The position numbers and the translations under genes are program-made. A stretch of 64,000 nucleotides of DNA from the human T2T-CHM13v2.0 reference genome, Homo sapiens. The notes below the pieces were generated by a model, which was given only the letters and a program-made list of their open reading frames with translations, ran no database searches and was not told the DNA's origin. Of this stretch, positions 28,721-44,000 are shown piece after piece (position 1 is the first letter of the stretch; each line of letters opens with the position of its first letter). The stretch lies in the NCBI RefSeq assembly GCF_009914755.1, contig NC_060933.1; one strand, 5' to 3'.

Positions 28721-31700
28721 CATTCCATTCCATTCCATTCCATTCCATTCCATTCCGTTCCGTTCCATTCCATTCCATTCCATTCTATTCGGGTTAATTC
28801 CATTCCATTCCATTTGATTGCCATCGAGTTGATTCCATTCCATTCCATTCCATTCCATTCCATTCCATTCCATTCCATTCCTTTCCATTACATTACGGGT
28901 GATTCCATTCCATTTCATTCCATTCCATTCCATTCCATTCCCTTCCTTTCCGTTCCATTCCATTCCATTCCATTCCATTCCATTCCGTTCCGTTCCATTC
29001 CATTCCATTCCATTCTATTCGGGTTAATTCCATTCCATTCCATTCGATTGCAATCGAGTTGATTCCATTCCATTCCATTCCATTCCATTCCATTCCATTC
29101 CAATCGAGTTGATTCCATTCCATTCCATTCCATTCCAGTCCTTTCCGTTCCATTCCTCTCGGGTTGATTCCATTCTATTAGTTTCCATTCCATTCCATTC
29201 CCTTCCATTCCACTCTGGTTGATTCCACACTTTTCCATTCCACTCGAATACATTCCCTCCTATTCCACTCGGAACGATTCCATTCCATTCCATTCCATTC
29301 CATTCCATTCCATTCCATTTCCTTCCATTCCATTCTATTCCGTATCATTCCATTCCATTCCATTCCATTCCATTCCTTTCCATTCCATTACGGATGATTC
29401 CATTCCATTGCATTCCATTCCATTCCATTCCCCTGTACTCGGGTTGATTCCATTCCATTCCATTCCAATCCATGCCATTCCACTCGTGTTGATTCCATTC
29501 TTTCCATTCCATTCAAGTTGAATCCATTCCATTGCGTTGCATTCCATTCGATTCCATTCGATTGCACTCGGGTTGATTCCATTCCATTGCATTCCATTCC
29601 ATTCCATTCCATTCCATTCCATTCCGTTCCATTCCATTTCATTACATTCAGATTGATTCTATTCAATTCCCTTACACTCCATTGTATTCCAATCCATTCT
29701 GGTTGTCTCCATTCCATTCCATTCCATTTCACTCCATTCCATTGCACTCGGGTTGATTCCATTCCATTCCATTCCATTGCATTCCATTCCATTCCGTTCC
29801 GGATGATTCCATTCCATTGCATTCCATTCCATTCCATTCCCCTGCACTCGGGTTGATTCCATTCCATTCCATTCCATTACATTCCGTTCCATTCCATTCC
29901 ATTCCATTCGGATTGATTCTATTCAATTCCCTTACACTCCATTACGTTCCATTCCATTCGGGTAGTTTCCATTCCATTCCATTCCATTCCTCTCCATTCC
30001 ATTGCACTCGGGTTGATTCCATTCCATTCCATTCCATTCCATTCGATTACATTACATTCCATTCTATTCCGTTCCATTGTACTCGGGTTGATTCCATTCC
30101 ATTGCATTCCATTCCATTCCATTCCATTCCATTCCATTCCATTCCGTTCCATTCCATTACATTCGGATTGATTCTATTCAACTCCCTTACTCTCCATTAC
30201 ATTCCATTCCATTCGGGTTGTTCCATTCCATTCCATTCCATTTCCCTCCATTCCATTGTGCTCGGTTTGATTCCATTCCATTCCATTCCATTCCATTCCA
30301 TTCCATTCCATTCCGGAAGATTCCATTCCATTGCATTCCATTCCATTCCATTGCCCTGCACTCGCGTTGATTCCATTCCATTCCATTCTATTCCATTCCA
30401 TTCCCTTCCTTTCCGTTCCATTCCATTCCATTCCATTCCATTCCATTCTGTTCCGTTCCATTCCATTCCATTCCATTCTATTCGGGTTAATTCCATTCCA
30501 TTCCATTCGATTGCAATCGAGTTGATTCCATTCCACTCTATTCCATTCCATTCCATTCCATTCCATTCCTTTCCATTCCATTCCATTACGGATGATTCCA
30601 TTCCATTGCATTCCATTCCATTCCATTCCCCTGTACTCGGCTTAATTCCATTCCATTCCATTCGATTGCAATCGAGTTGATTCCATTCCACTCTATTCCA
30701 TTCCATTCCATTCCGTTCCATTCCATTCCATTCCATTCCACTCGTGTTGATTCCATTCCTTTCCTTTCCATTCGGTTTGAAGGCATTCCAATCCATTCAA
30801 ATCCATTCCATTCCATTCCATTCCATTCCATTCCATTCCATTCCATTCCATTGTACTCGGGTTGATTCCATTCCATTGCATTCCATTCCATTCCATTCCA
30901 TTCCATTCCGTTGCATTCCATTCCATTACATTCGGATTGATTCTATTCAACTCCCTTACTCTCCATTACATTACATTCCATTCGGGTTGTTCCATTCCAT
31001 TCCATTCCATTCCACTCCATTCCATTGCACTCGGGTTGATTCCATTCCATTCCATTCCATTCCATTCCGGATGATTCCATTCCATTGCATTCCGTTCCAT
31101 TACATTCCCCTGCAGTCGCGTTGATTCCATTCCATTCCATTCCATTCCATTCCGTTCCGTTCCATTCCATTCCATTCCATTCCATTCCATTCCGTTCCAT
31201 TCCATTCCATTCCATTCCATTCCATTCCATTCCATTCCGTTCCATTCCGTTCCATTCCATTCCATTCCATTCTATTCGGGTTAATTCCATTCCATTCCAT
31301 TCCATTCCATTCCATTCCATTCCATTCCATTCCGTTCCGTTCCATTCCATTCCATTCCATTCTATTTGGGTAATTCCATTCCATTCCATTCGATTGCAAT
31401 CGAGTTGATTCCATTCCATTCCATTCCATTCCATTCCATTCCATTCCATTCCATTCCTTTCCATTCCATTACGGATGATTCCATTCCATTGCATTCCATT
31501 CCATTCCACTCCCCTGTACTCGGGTTGATTCCATTCCATTCCATTCCAATCCATGCCATTCCACTCGTGTTGATTCCATTCTTTCCATTCCATTCAAGTT
31601 GAATCCATTCTATTGCATTGCATTCCTTTCGATTCCATTCGATTGCACTCTTGTTGATTCCATTCCATTCCATTCCATTCCATTCCATTCCATTCCATTC

Positions 31701-34700
31701 CGTTCCATTCCATTCCATTACATTCAGATTGATTCTATTCAATTCCCTTACACTCCATTACATTCCATTCCATTCGGGTATTTTCCATTCCATTCCATTC
31801 CATTCCTCTCCATTGCATTGCACTCGGGTTGATTCCATTCCATTGCATTCCATTCCATTCCTTTCAATTCCATTCTGTTCCATTCCATTCCATTACATTC
31901 GGAATGATTCTATTCAACTCCCTTACACTCCATTACATTCCATTCCATTCGGGTTGTTCCATTCCATTCCATTCCATTCCACTCCATTCCATTGCACTCG
32001 GGTTGATTCCATTCCATTCCATTCCATTCCATTCCGGAAGATTCCATTCCATTGCATTCCATTACATTCCATTCCCCTGCACTCGCGTTGATTCCATTCC
32101 ATTCCATTCCATTCCATTCCATTCCGTTCCTTTCCGTTCCATTCCATTCCATTGCATTCCATTCCATTCCGTTCCGTTCCGTTCCGTTCCATTCCATTCC
32201 ATTCCATTCTATTCGGGTTAATTCCATTCCATTCCATTCGATTGCAATCGAGTTGATTCCACTCCATTCCATTCCATTCCATTCCATTCCTTTCCATTCC
32301 ATTATGGATGATTCCATTCCATTGCATTCCATTCCATTCCATTCCCCTGTACTCGGGTTCATTCCATTCCATTCCATTCCAATCCATGCCATTCCACTCG
32401 TGTTGATTCCATTCTTTCCATTCCATTCAAGTTGAATCCATTCCATTGCCTTCCATTCCATTCCATTCCCCTGCAGTCGGGTTGATTCCATTCCATTCCA
32501 TTCCATTCCATTCCATTCCGTTCCATTCCATTCCATTTCATTCCGTTCCGTTCCATTTAATTCCATTCCATTCTATTCGGGTTAATTCCATTCCATTCCA
32601 TTCCATTCCATTCCATTCCAATCGAGTTGATTCCATTCCATTCCATTCCATTCCATTCCACTCCATTCCATTCCTTTCCATTCCATTCCACTCGGGTTGA
32701 TTCCAATGTATTCCTTTCCAGTCCATTCCATTCCATTGCAATCGAGTTGATTCCATTGCTTTGCATTCCATTCCATTCCATTCCATTCCGGATGATTCCA
32801 TTCCATTGCATTCCATTCCATTCCATTCCCCTGCACTCGGGTTGATTCCATTCCATTCCACTCCATTCCGTTCCATTCCATTCCATTCCATTGTATTTGG
32901 GTTAATTCCATTCCATTCCATTCCATTCCATTGCATTCCATTCCATTCCATTACAATCGAGTTGATTCCATTCCATTCCATTCCATTCCATTCCATTCCA
33001 TTCCAGTCCTTTCCATTCCATTCCACTCGGGTTGATTCCATTCTATTAGTTTCCATTCCATTCCATTCCCTTCCATTCCACTCTGGTTGATTCCATTCCT
33101 TTCCAATCCACTCGAATACTTTCCCTCCTATTCCACTCGGAACGATTCCATTCCATTCCATTCCATTCCATTCCATTCCATTCCATTCCATTCCATTCCA
33201 TTCCATTCCATTCCATTTCTTTCCATTCCATTCTATTCCATACCATTCCATTCCATTCGATTGCATTCCATTCCATTCCATTCCATTCCACTCGTGTTGA
33301 TTCCATTCCTTTCCATTCCATTCGGTTTGAAGCCATTCCATTCCATTCCATTCCATTCCATTCCATTCCATTCCATTGTACTCGGGTTGATTCCATTCCA
33401 TTGCATTCCATTCAATTCCATTCCATTCCGTTGCATTCCATTCCATTACATTCGGATTGATTCTATTCAACTCCCTTACTCTCCATTACATTCCATTCCA
33501 TTCGGGTTGTTCCATTCCATTCCATTCCATTCCACTGCATTCCATTGCACTCGGGTTGATTCCATTCCATTCCATTCCATTCCATTCCATTGCGGATAAT
33601 TCCATTCCATTACATTCTGTTCCATTACATTCCCCTGCACTCGCGTTGATTCCATTCCATTCCATTCCATTCCCCACCATTCCATTCCATTCCATTCCAT
33701 TCCATTCCATTCCTTTCCGTTCCATTCCGTTCCATTCCATTCCATTCTATTCGGGTTAATTCCATTCCATTGCATTCCATTCCATTCTATTCCATTCCAT
33801 TGCAATCGAGTTGAATCCATTGCATTCCATTCCATTCCATTCCATTCCGGAAGATTCCATTCCATTGCATTCCATTACATTCCATTCCCCTGCACTCGCG
33901 TTGATTCCATTCCATTCCATTCCATTCGGATTCATTCTATTCAATTCCCTTACACTCCATTACATTCCATTCGATTCGTGTAGTTTCCGTTCCATTCCAT
34001 TTCATTCCTCTCCATTCCATTGCACTCGGGTTGATTCCATTCCATTCCATTCCATTCCATTCCATTCCATTCCGGATGATTCCATTCCATTGAATCCCAT
34101 TCCATTCCATTCCCCTGCACTTGGGTTGATTCCATTCCATTCCATTCCATTCCTTTCTGTTCCATTCAATTCCATTCCATTCCATTCTATTCGTGTTAAT
34201 TCCATTCCATTCTATTCCATTCCATTCCATTGAAATCGAGTTGATTCTATTCCATTCCATTCCATTCCATTCCATTCCATTCCATTCCATTCCATTCCGG
34301 ATGATTCTATTCCATTGCATTCCATTCCATTCCATTCCCCTGTACTCGGGTTGATTCCATTCCATTCCATTCCAATCCATGCCATTCCACTCGTGTTGAT
34401 TCCATTCTTTCCATTCCATTCAAGTTGAATCCATTCCTTTGCATTCCATTCCATTCGATTCCATTCGATTGCACTCGGGTTGATGCCATTCCATTGCATT
34501 CCATTCCATTCCATTCCATTCCATTCCGTTCCATTCCATTCCATTACATTCGGATTGATTCTATTCAATTCCCTTACACTCCATTACATTCCATTCCATT
34601 CGGGTAGTTTCCATTCCATTCCATTACATTCCTCTCCATTCCATTGCACTCGGGTTGATTCCATTCCATTGCATTCCATCCCATTCCATTCAATTCCATT

Positions 34701-35029
34701 CCGTTCCATTCCATTCCATTATATTCGGATTGATTCTATTCAACTCCCTTACTCTCCATTACATTCCATTCCATTCGGGTTGTTCCATTCCATTCCATTC
34801 CATTCCACTCCATTCCAATGCACTCGGGTTTATTCCATTCCATTCCATTCCATTCCATTCCATTCCATTGCATTCCATTCCGGAAGATTCCATTCCATTG
34901 CATTCCATTCCATTCCATTCCCCTGCACTCGCGTTGATTCCATTCCATTCCATTCCACTCCATTCCATTCCATTCCATTCCTTTCCGTTCCATTCCATTC
35001 CATTCCATTCCATTCCATTCCATTCCGTT

Positions 35030-38000
35030 CCGTTCCGTTCCATTCCATTCCATTCCATTCTATTCGGGTTAATTCCACTCCATTCCATTCGATTGCAATC
35101 GAGTTGATTCCATTCCATTCCATTCCATTCCATTCCATTCCATTCCATTCCTTTCCATTCCATTACGGATGATTCCATTCCATTGCATTCCATTAAATTC
35201 CATTCCCCTGTACTCGGGTTGATTCCATTCCATTCCATTCCAATCCATGCCATTCCACTCCTGTTGATTCCATTCTTTCCATTCCATTCAAGTTGAATCC
35301 ATTCCATTGCATTGCATTCGATTCGATTCCATTCGATTGCACTCGGGTTGATTGCATTCCATTCTATTCCATTCCATTCCATTCCATTCCATTCCGTTCC
35401 ATTGCATTCCATTACATTCTGATTGATTCTATTCAATTCCCTTATACTGCATTACATTCCATTCCATTCGGGTAGTTTCCATTCCATTCCATTCCATTCC
35501 TCTCCATTCCATTGCACTCGGGTTGATTCCATTCCATTGCATTCCATTCCATTCCATTCCATTCCATTCCATTCCATTTCATTCCATTCCATTCCATTGC
35601 ACACGGGTTCATTCCATTCCATTCCATTCCATTCCATTCCATTCCATTCCATTCCATTCCATTTCATTCCATTCCATTATATTCCATACCATTCCATTCC
35701 ATCCCATTCCATTCCGTTCCATTCCATGCCATTACACTCGGGTTGATTCCATTCCTTTCCATTCCATTCTTGTTGAATCCATTCCATTCCATTCCATTCC
35801 ATTCGAATCCATTCCATTGCACTCGGGTTGATTCCATTCCATTCCATTCCATTCCATTTCATTCCATTCCATTCCATTACATTCGGATTGATTCTATTCA
35901 ATTCCCTTACACTCCATTCCATTCCATTCCATTCGGGATGTTTCCATTGCATTCCATTCCATTCCACTCCATTCCATTGCATCAGGTTGATTGCATTCCA
36001 TTCCATTCCATTCCATTCCGGATGATTCCATTCCATTGCATTCCATTCCATTCCATTCCCCTGCACTCGGGTTGATTCCATTCCATTGCATTCCATTCCA
36101 TTCCATTCCATTCCATTCCGTTCCTTTCCATTCCATTCCATTCTATTCCGGTTAATTCCATTCCATTCCATTCGATTCCATTCCATTCCATTCCATTCCC
36201 CTGCACTCGCGTTGATTCCATTCTATTCCACTCTATTCCATTCCATTCCCTTCCTTTCCTTTCCATTCCATTCCATTCCATTCCATTCCATTCCGTTCCG
36301 TTCCATTCCATTCCATTCCATTCTATTCGGGTTAATTCCATTCAATTCCATTCGATTGCAACCAATTTTTTCCATTCCATTCCATTCCATTCCATTCCAT
36401 TCCATTCCTTTCCATTCCATTACGGATGATTCCATTCCATTGCATTACATTCCATTCCATTCCCCTGTACTCGGGTTGATTCCATTCCATTCCATTCCAA
36501 TCCATGCCCTTCCACTCTTGTTGATTCCATTCTTTCCATTCCATTCAAGTTGAATCCATTCCATTGCATTCCATTGCATTCCATTCCATTCGATTGCACT
36601 CGGGTTGATTCCATTCCATTGCATTCCATTCCATTCCATTCCATTCCATTCCATTCCATTCCATTCCGTTCCATTCCATTCCATTACATTCGGATTGATT
36701 CTATTCAATTCCCTTACTCTCCATTACATTCGATTCCATTCGGGTTGTTCCATTCCATTCCATTCCATTCCACTCCATTCCATTGCACTCGGGTTGATTC
36801 CATTACATTCCATTCCATTCCGGAAGATTCCATTCCATTGCATTCCATTACATTCCATTCCCCTGCACTCGCGTTGATTCCATTCCTTTCCATTCCATTC
36901 CATTCCATTCCATTCCATTCCGTTCCGTTCCATTCCATTGCATTCCATTCCATTCCATTCCGTTTCGATCCATTCCATTCCATTCCATTCTATTCGGGTT
37001 AATTCCATTCCATTCCATTCGATTCCAATCGTGTTAATTCCATTCCATTCCATTCCATTCCATTCCATTCCATTCCATTCCTTTCCATTCCATTACGGAT
37101 GATTCCATTCCATTGCATTCCATTCCATTCCATTCCCCTGTACTCGGGTTGATTCCATTCCATTGCATTCCAATCCATGCCCTTCCACTCGTGTTGATTC
37201 AATTGATTCCATTCCATTCAAGTTGAATCCATTCCATTGCATTCCATTCCATTCGATTCCATTCGATTGCACTCGGGTTGTTTCCATTCCATTGCATTCC
37301 ATTCCATTCCATTCCATTCCATTCCATTCCATTCCGTTCCACTCCATTCCTTTACATTCGGATTGATTCTATTCAATTCTCTTACACTCCATTACATTCC
37401 ATTCCATTCGGGTAGTTTCCATTCCATTCCATTCCATTCCTCTCCATTCCATTGCACTCGGGTTGATTCCATTCCATTGCATTCCATTCCATTCCATTCA
37501 ATTCCCCTGCACTCGGGTTGATTCCATTCCATTCCATTCCATTCCATTCCATTCCATTCCATTCCACTCCCTTCCATTCCGTTCCATTCCATTCCATTCC
37601 ATTCTATTCCGGTTAATTCCATTCCATTCCATTCGATTCCATTCCATTCCATTACATTACATTGCAGTCGAGTTGATTGCATTCCATTCCATTCTATTCC
37701 GTTCCGGATGATTCCAGTCCATTACATTCCATTCCATTCCATTCCATTCCCCTGCATTCGGGTTGATTCCATTCCATTCCATTCCATTCCGTTCCATTCC
37801 ATTCCTTTCCATTCTATTCGGGTTAATTCCATTCCATTCCATTCCATTCCATTCCATTCCATTCCAATCGAGTTAATTCCATTCCAATCCATTCCATTCC
37901 ATTCCACTCCATTCCAGTCCTTTCCATTCCATTACACTCGGGTTGATTCCATTCTATTCCGTTCCATTCCATTCCATTCCATTGCAATCGAGTTGATTCC

Positions 38001-41000
38001 ATTGCTTTGCATTCCATTCCATTCCATTCCATTCCGGATGATTCCATTCCATTGCATTCCATTCCATTCCATTCCCCTGCACTCGGGTTGATTCCATTCC
38101 ATTCCACTCCATTCCGTTCCATTCCATTCCATTCCATTGTATTCGGGTTAATTCCATTCCATTCCATTCCATTCCATTCCATTCTATTACAATCGAGTTG
38201 ATTCCATTCCATTCCATTCCATTCCATTCCATTCCAGTCCTTTCCATTCCATTCCACTCGTGTTGATTCCATTCTATTAGTTTCCATTCCATTCCTTTCC
38301 CTTCCATTCCACTCTTTTTGATTCCATTCCTTTCCATTCCACTCGAATACATTCCCTCCTATTCCACTCGGAACGATTCCATTCCATTCCATTCCATTCC
38401 ATTCCATTCCATTCCATTCCATTTCGTTCCATTCCATTCTATTCCGTATCATTCCATTCCATTCCATTCCATTCCATTCCACTCGTGTTGATTTCATTCC
38501 TTTCCATTCCATTCGGTTTGAAGGCATTCCATTCCATTCCATTCCATTCCATTCCATTCCATTCCATTCCATTCCATTGTACTCGGGTTGATTCCATTCC
38601 ATTGCATTCCATTCCATTCCATTCCGTTGCATTCCATTCCATTACATTCGGATTGATTCTATTCAACTCCCTTACTCTCCATTACATTCCATTCCATTCG
38701 GGTTGTTCCATTCCATTCCATTCCATTCCACTCCATTCCATTGCACTCGGATTGATTCCATTCCATTCCATTCCATTCAATTCCATTCCATTCCGGACGA
38801 TTCCATTCCATTGCATTCCGTTCCATTACATTCCCCTGCACTCGGGTTGATTCCATTCCATTCCATTCCATTCCTTTCGATTCCATTCCATTCCAATTCT
38901 TTCCATTCCATTCTATTCCGTACCATTCCATTCCATTCCATACAATTCCATTCCATTCCATTCCACTCCGTTCCGTTCCGTTCCGTTCCGTTCCGTTCCA
39001 TTCCATTCCATTCCATTCTATTCCATTCCATTGCAATCGAGTTGAATCCATTGCATTCTATTCCATTCCATTCCATTCCATTCCGGAAGATTCCATTCCA
39101 ATGCATTCCATTCCATTCCATTCCATTCCATTCCATTCCATTCCATTCCCTTCCATTCCATTGTACTCGGGTTGATTCCATTCCATTGCATTCCATTCCA
39201 TTCCATTCCATTCCATTCCATTCCGTTCCATTCCATTCCATTACATTCGGATTGATTCTTTTCAACTCCCTTACTCTCCATTACATTCCATTCCATTCGG
39301 GTTGTTCCATTCAATTCCATTCCATTCCACTCCATTCCATTGCACTCGGGTTGATTCCATTCCATTCCATTCCATTCCATTCCGGATGATTCCATTCCAT
39401 TGCATTCCGTTCCATTACATTCCCCTGCACTCGGGTTGATTCCATTCCATTCCATTCCATTCCATTCGATTCCATTCCATTCCCCTGCACTCGCGTTGAT
39501 TCCATTCCATTCCATTCCATTCCATTCCATTCCATTCCATTCCATTCCTTTCCGTTCCAGTCTTTTCCATTCCATTCCACTCGGGTTGATTCCATTCTAT
39601 TAGTTTCCATTCCATTCCATTCCCTTCCATTCGACTCTGGTTGATTCCATTCCTTTCCATTCCACTCGAATACATTCCCTCCTATTCCACTCGGAACGAT
39701 TCCATTCCATTCCATTCCATTCCATTTCGTTCCATTCCATTCTATTCCGTATCATTCCATTCCATTCCATTCCATTCCATTCCATTGTACTCGGGTTGAT
39801 TCCATTCCATTGCATTCCATTCCATTCCATTCCATTCCATTCCGTTGCATTCCATTCCATTACATTCGGATTGATTCTATTCAACTCCCTTACTCTCCAT
39901 TACATTCCATTCCATTTGGGTTGTTCCATTCCATTCCATTCCATTCCACTCCATTCCATTGCACTCGGGTTGATTCCATTCCATTCCATTCCATTCCATT
40001 CCATTCCATTCCATTCCGGATGATTCCATTCCATTGCATTCCGTTCCATTACATTCCCCTGCACTCGCCTTGATTCCATTCCAATCCATTCCATTCCATT
40101 CAATTCCATTCCATTACAATTCGTTCCATTCCATTCTATTCCGTACCATTCCATTCCATTCCATACCATTCCATTCCATTCCATTCCATTCCATTCCATT
40201 CCGTTCCATTCCGTTCCATTCCATTCCATTCCATTCTATTCGGGTTAATTCCATTCCATTCCATTCCATTCCATTCCATTCTATTCCATTCCATTGCAAT
40301 CGAGTTGAATCAATTGCATTTCATTCCATTCCATTCCATTCCGGAAGATTCCATTCCATTGCATTCCATTCCATTCCATTCCCCTGCACTCGCGTTGATT
40401 CCATTCCATTCCATTCCATTCCATTCCATCCATTCCGTTCCGTTCCGTTCCATTCCACTCCATTCCATTCCGTTCCGTTCCATTCCATTCCATTCCATTC
40501 TATTCGGGTTAATTCCATTCCATTCCATTCGATTGCAATCGAGTTGATTCCATTCCATTCCATTCCATTCCATTCCATTCCATTCCATTCCTTTCCATTC
40601 CATTACGGATGATTCCATTCCATTGCATTCCATTCCATTCCATTCCCCTGTACTCGGGTTGATTCCATTCCATTCCATTCCAATCCATGCCATTCCACTC
40701 CTGTTGATTCCATTCTTTCCATTCCATTCAAGTTGAATCCATTCCATTGCATTGCATTCCATTCGATTCCATTCGATTGCACTCGGGTTGATTGCATTCC
40801 ATTCTATTCCATTCCATTCCATTCCATTCCATTCCGTTCCATTGCATTCCATTACATTCGGATTGATTCTATTCAATTCCCTTATACTGCATTACGTTCC
40901 ATTCCATTCGGGTAGTTTCCATTCCATTCCATTCCATTCCTCTCCATTCCATTGCACTCGGGTTGATTCCATTCCATTGCATTCCATTCCATTCCATTCC

Positions 41001-44000
41001 ATTCCATTCCATTCCATTTCATTCCATTCCATTCCATTGCACACGGGTTCATTCCATTCCATTCCATTCCATTCCATTCCATTCCATTCCATTCCATTCC
41101 ATTCCATTATATTCCATACCATTCCATTCCATCCCATTCCATTCCGTTCCATTCCATGCCATTACACTCGGGTTGATTCCATTCCTTTCCATTCCATTCT
41201 TGTTGAATCCATTCCATTCCATTCCATTCCATTCGAATCCATTCCATTGCACTCGGGTTGATTCCATTCCATTCCATTCCATTCCATTTCATTCCATTCC
41301 ATTCCATTACATTCGGATTGATTCTATTCAATTCCCTTACACTCCATTCCATTCCATTCCATTCGGGATGTTTCCATTGCATTCCATTCTATTCCACTCC
41401 ATTCCATTGCATCAGGTTGATTGCATTCCATTCCATTCCATTCCATTCCGGATGATTCCATTCCATTGCGTTCCATTCCATTCCATTCCCCTGCACTCGG
41501 GTTGATTCCATTCCATTGCATTCCATTCCATTCCATTCCATTCCATTCCGTTCCTTTCCATTCCATTCCATTCTATTCCGGTTAATTCCATTCCATTCCA
41601 TTCGATTCCATTCCATTCCATTCCATTCCCCTGCACTCGCGTTGATTCCATTCTATTCCACTCTATTCCATTCCATTCCCTTCCTTTCCTTTCCATTCCA
41701 TTCCATTCCATTCCATTCCATTCCGTTCCGTTCCATTCCATTCCATTCCATTCTATTCGGGTTAATTCCATTCAATTCCATTCGATTGCAACCAATTTTT
41801 TCCATTCCATTCCATTCCATTCCATTCCATTCCATTCCATTCCTTTCCATTCCATTACGGATGATTCCATTCCATTGCATTACATTCCATTCCATTCCCC
41901 TGTACTCGGGTTGATTCCATTCCATTCCATTCCAATCCATGCCCTTCCACTCTTGTTGATTCCATTCTTTCCATTCCATTCAAGTTGAATCCATTCCATT
42001 GCATTCCATTGCATTCCATTCCATTCGATTGCACTCGGGTTGATTCCATTCCATTGCATTCCATTCCATTCCATTCCATTCCATTCCATTCCATTCCGTT
42101 CCATTCCATTCCATTACATTCGGATTGATTCTATTCAATTCCCTTACTCTCCATTACATTCGATTCCATTCGGGTTGTTCCATTCCATTCCATTCCATTC
42201 CACTCCATTCCATTGCACTCGGGTTGATTCCATTACATTCCATTCCATTCCGGAAGATTCCATTCCATTGCATTCCATTACATTCCATTCCCCTGCACTC
42301 GCGTTGATTCCATTCCTTTCCATTCCATTCCATTCCATTCCATTCCATTCCGTTCCGTTCCATTCCATTGCATTCCATTCCATTCCATTCCGTTTCGATC
42401 CATTCCATTCCATTCCATTCTATTCGGGTTAATTCCATTCCATTCCATTCGATTCCAATCGTGTTAATTCCATTCCATTCCATTCCATTCCATTCCATTC
42501 CATTCCATTCCATTCCTTTCCATTCCATTACGGATGATTCCATTCCATTGCATTCCATTCCATTCCATTCCCCTGTACTCGGGTTGATTCCATTCCATTG
42601 CATTCCAATCCATGCCCTTCCACTCGTGTTGATTCAATTGATTCCATTCCATTCAAGTTGAATCCATTCCATTGCATTCCATTCCATTCGATTCCATTCG
42701 ATTGCACTCGGGTTGTTTCCATTCCATTGCATTCCATTCCATTCCATTCCATTCCATTGCATTCCGTTCCACTCCATTCCTTTACATTCGGATTGATTCT
42801 ATTCAATTCTCTTACACTCCATTACATTCCATTCCATTCGGGTAGTTTCCATTCCATTCCATTCCATTCCTCTCCATTCCATTGCACTCGGGTTGATTCC
42901 ATTCCATTGCATTCCATTCCATTCCATTCAATTCCCCTGCACTCGGGTTGATTCCATTCCATTCCATTCCATTCCATTCCATTCCATTCCATTCCATTCC
43001 ACTCCCTTCCATTCCGTTCCATTCCATTCCATTCCATTCTATTCCGGTTAATTCCATTCCATTCCATTCGATTCCATTCCATTCCATTCCATTACATTGC
43101 AGTCGAGTTGATTGCATTCCATTCCATTCTATTCCGTTCCGGATGATTCCAGTCCATTACATTCCAATCCATTCCATTCCATTCCCCTGCATTCGGGTTG
43201 ATTCCATTCCATTCCATTCCATTCCATTCCATTCCATTCCATTCCGTTCCATTCCATTCCTTTCCATTCTATTCGGGTTAATTCCATTCCATTCCATTCC
43301 ATTCCATTCCAATCGAGTTAATTCCATTCCAATCCATTCCATTCCATTCCACTCCATTCCAGTCCTTTCCATTCCATTACACTCGGGTTGATTCCATTCT
43401 ATTCCGTTCCATTCCATTCCATTCCATTGCAATCGAGTTGATTCCATTGCTTTGCATTCCATTCCATTCCATTCCATTCCGGATGATTCCATTCCATTGC
43501 ATTCCATTCCATTCCATTCCCCTGCACTCGGGTTGATTCCATTCCATTCCACTCCATTCCGTTCCATTCCATTCCATTCCATTGTATTCGGGTTAATTCC
43601 ATTCCATTCCATTCCATTCCATTCCATTCTATTACAATCGAGTTGATTCCATTCCATTCCATTCCATTCCATTCCATTCCAGTCCTTTCCATTCCATTCC
43701 ACTCGTGTTGATTCCATTCTATTAGTTTCCATTCCATTCCATTCCCTTCCATTCCACTCTTTTTGATTCCATTCCTTTCCATTCCACTCGAATACATTCC
43801 CTCCTATTCCACTCGGAACGATTCCATTCCATTCCATTCCATTCCATTCCATTCCATTCCATTCCATTTCGTTCCATTCCATTCTATTCCGTATCATTCC
43901 ATTCCATTCCATTCCATTCCATTCCATTCCACTCGTGTTGATTTCATTCCTTTCCATTCCATTCGGTTTGAAGGCATTCCATTCCATTCCATTCCATTCC

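Noticed and set aside
36361-36372. T6 run as a retroelement poly(A) tail or Pol III terminator
   Set aside because: It is only 6 nt, replaces a normal module in place, and has no target-site duplication or upstream A/B boxes.
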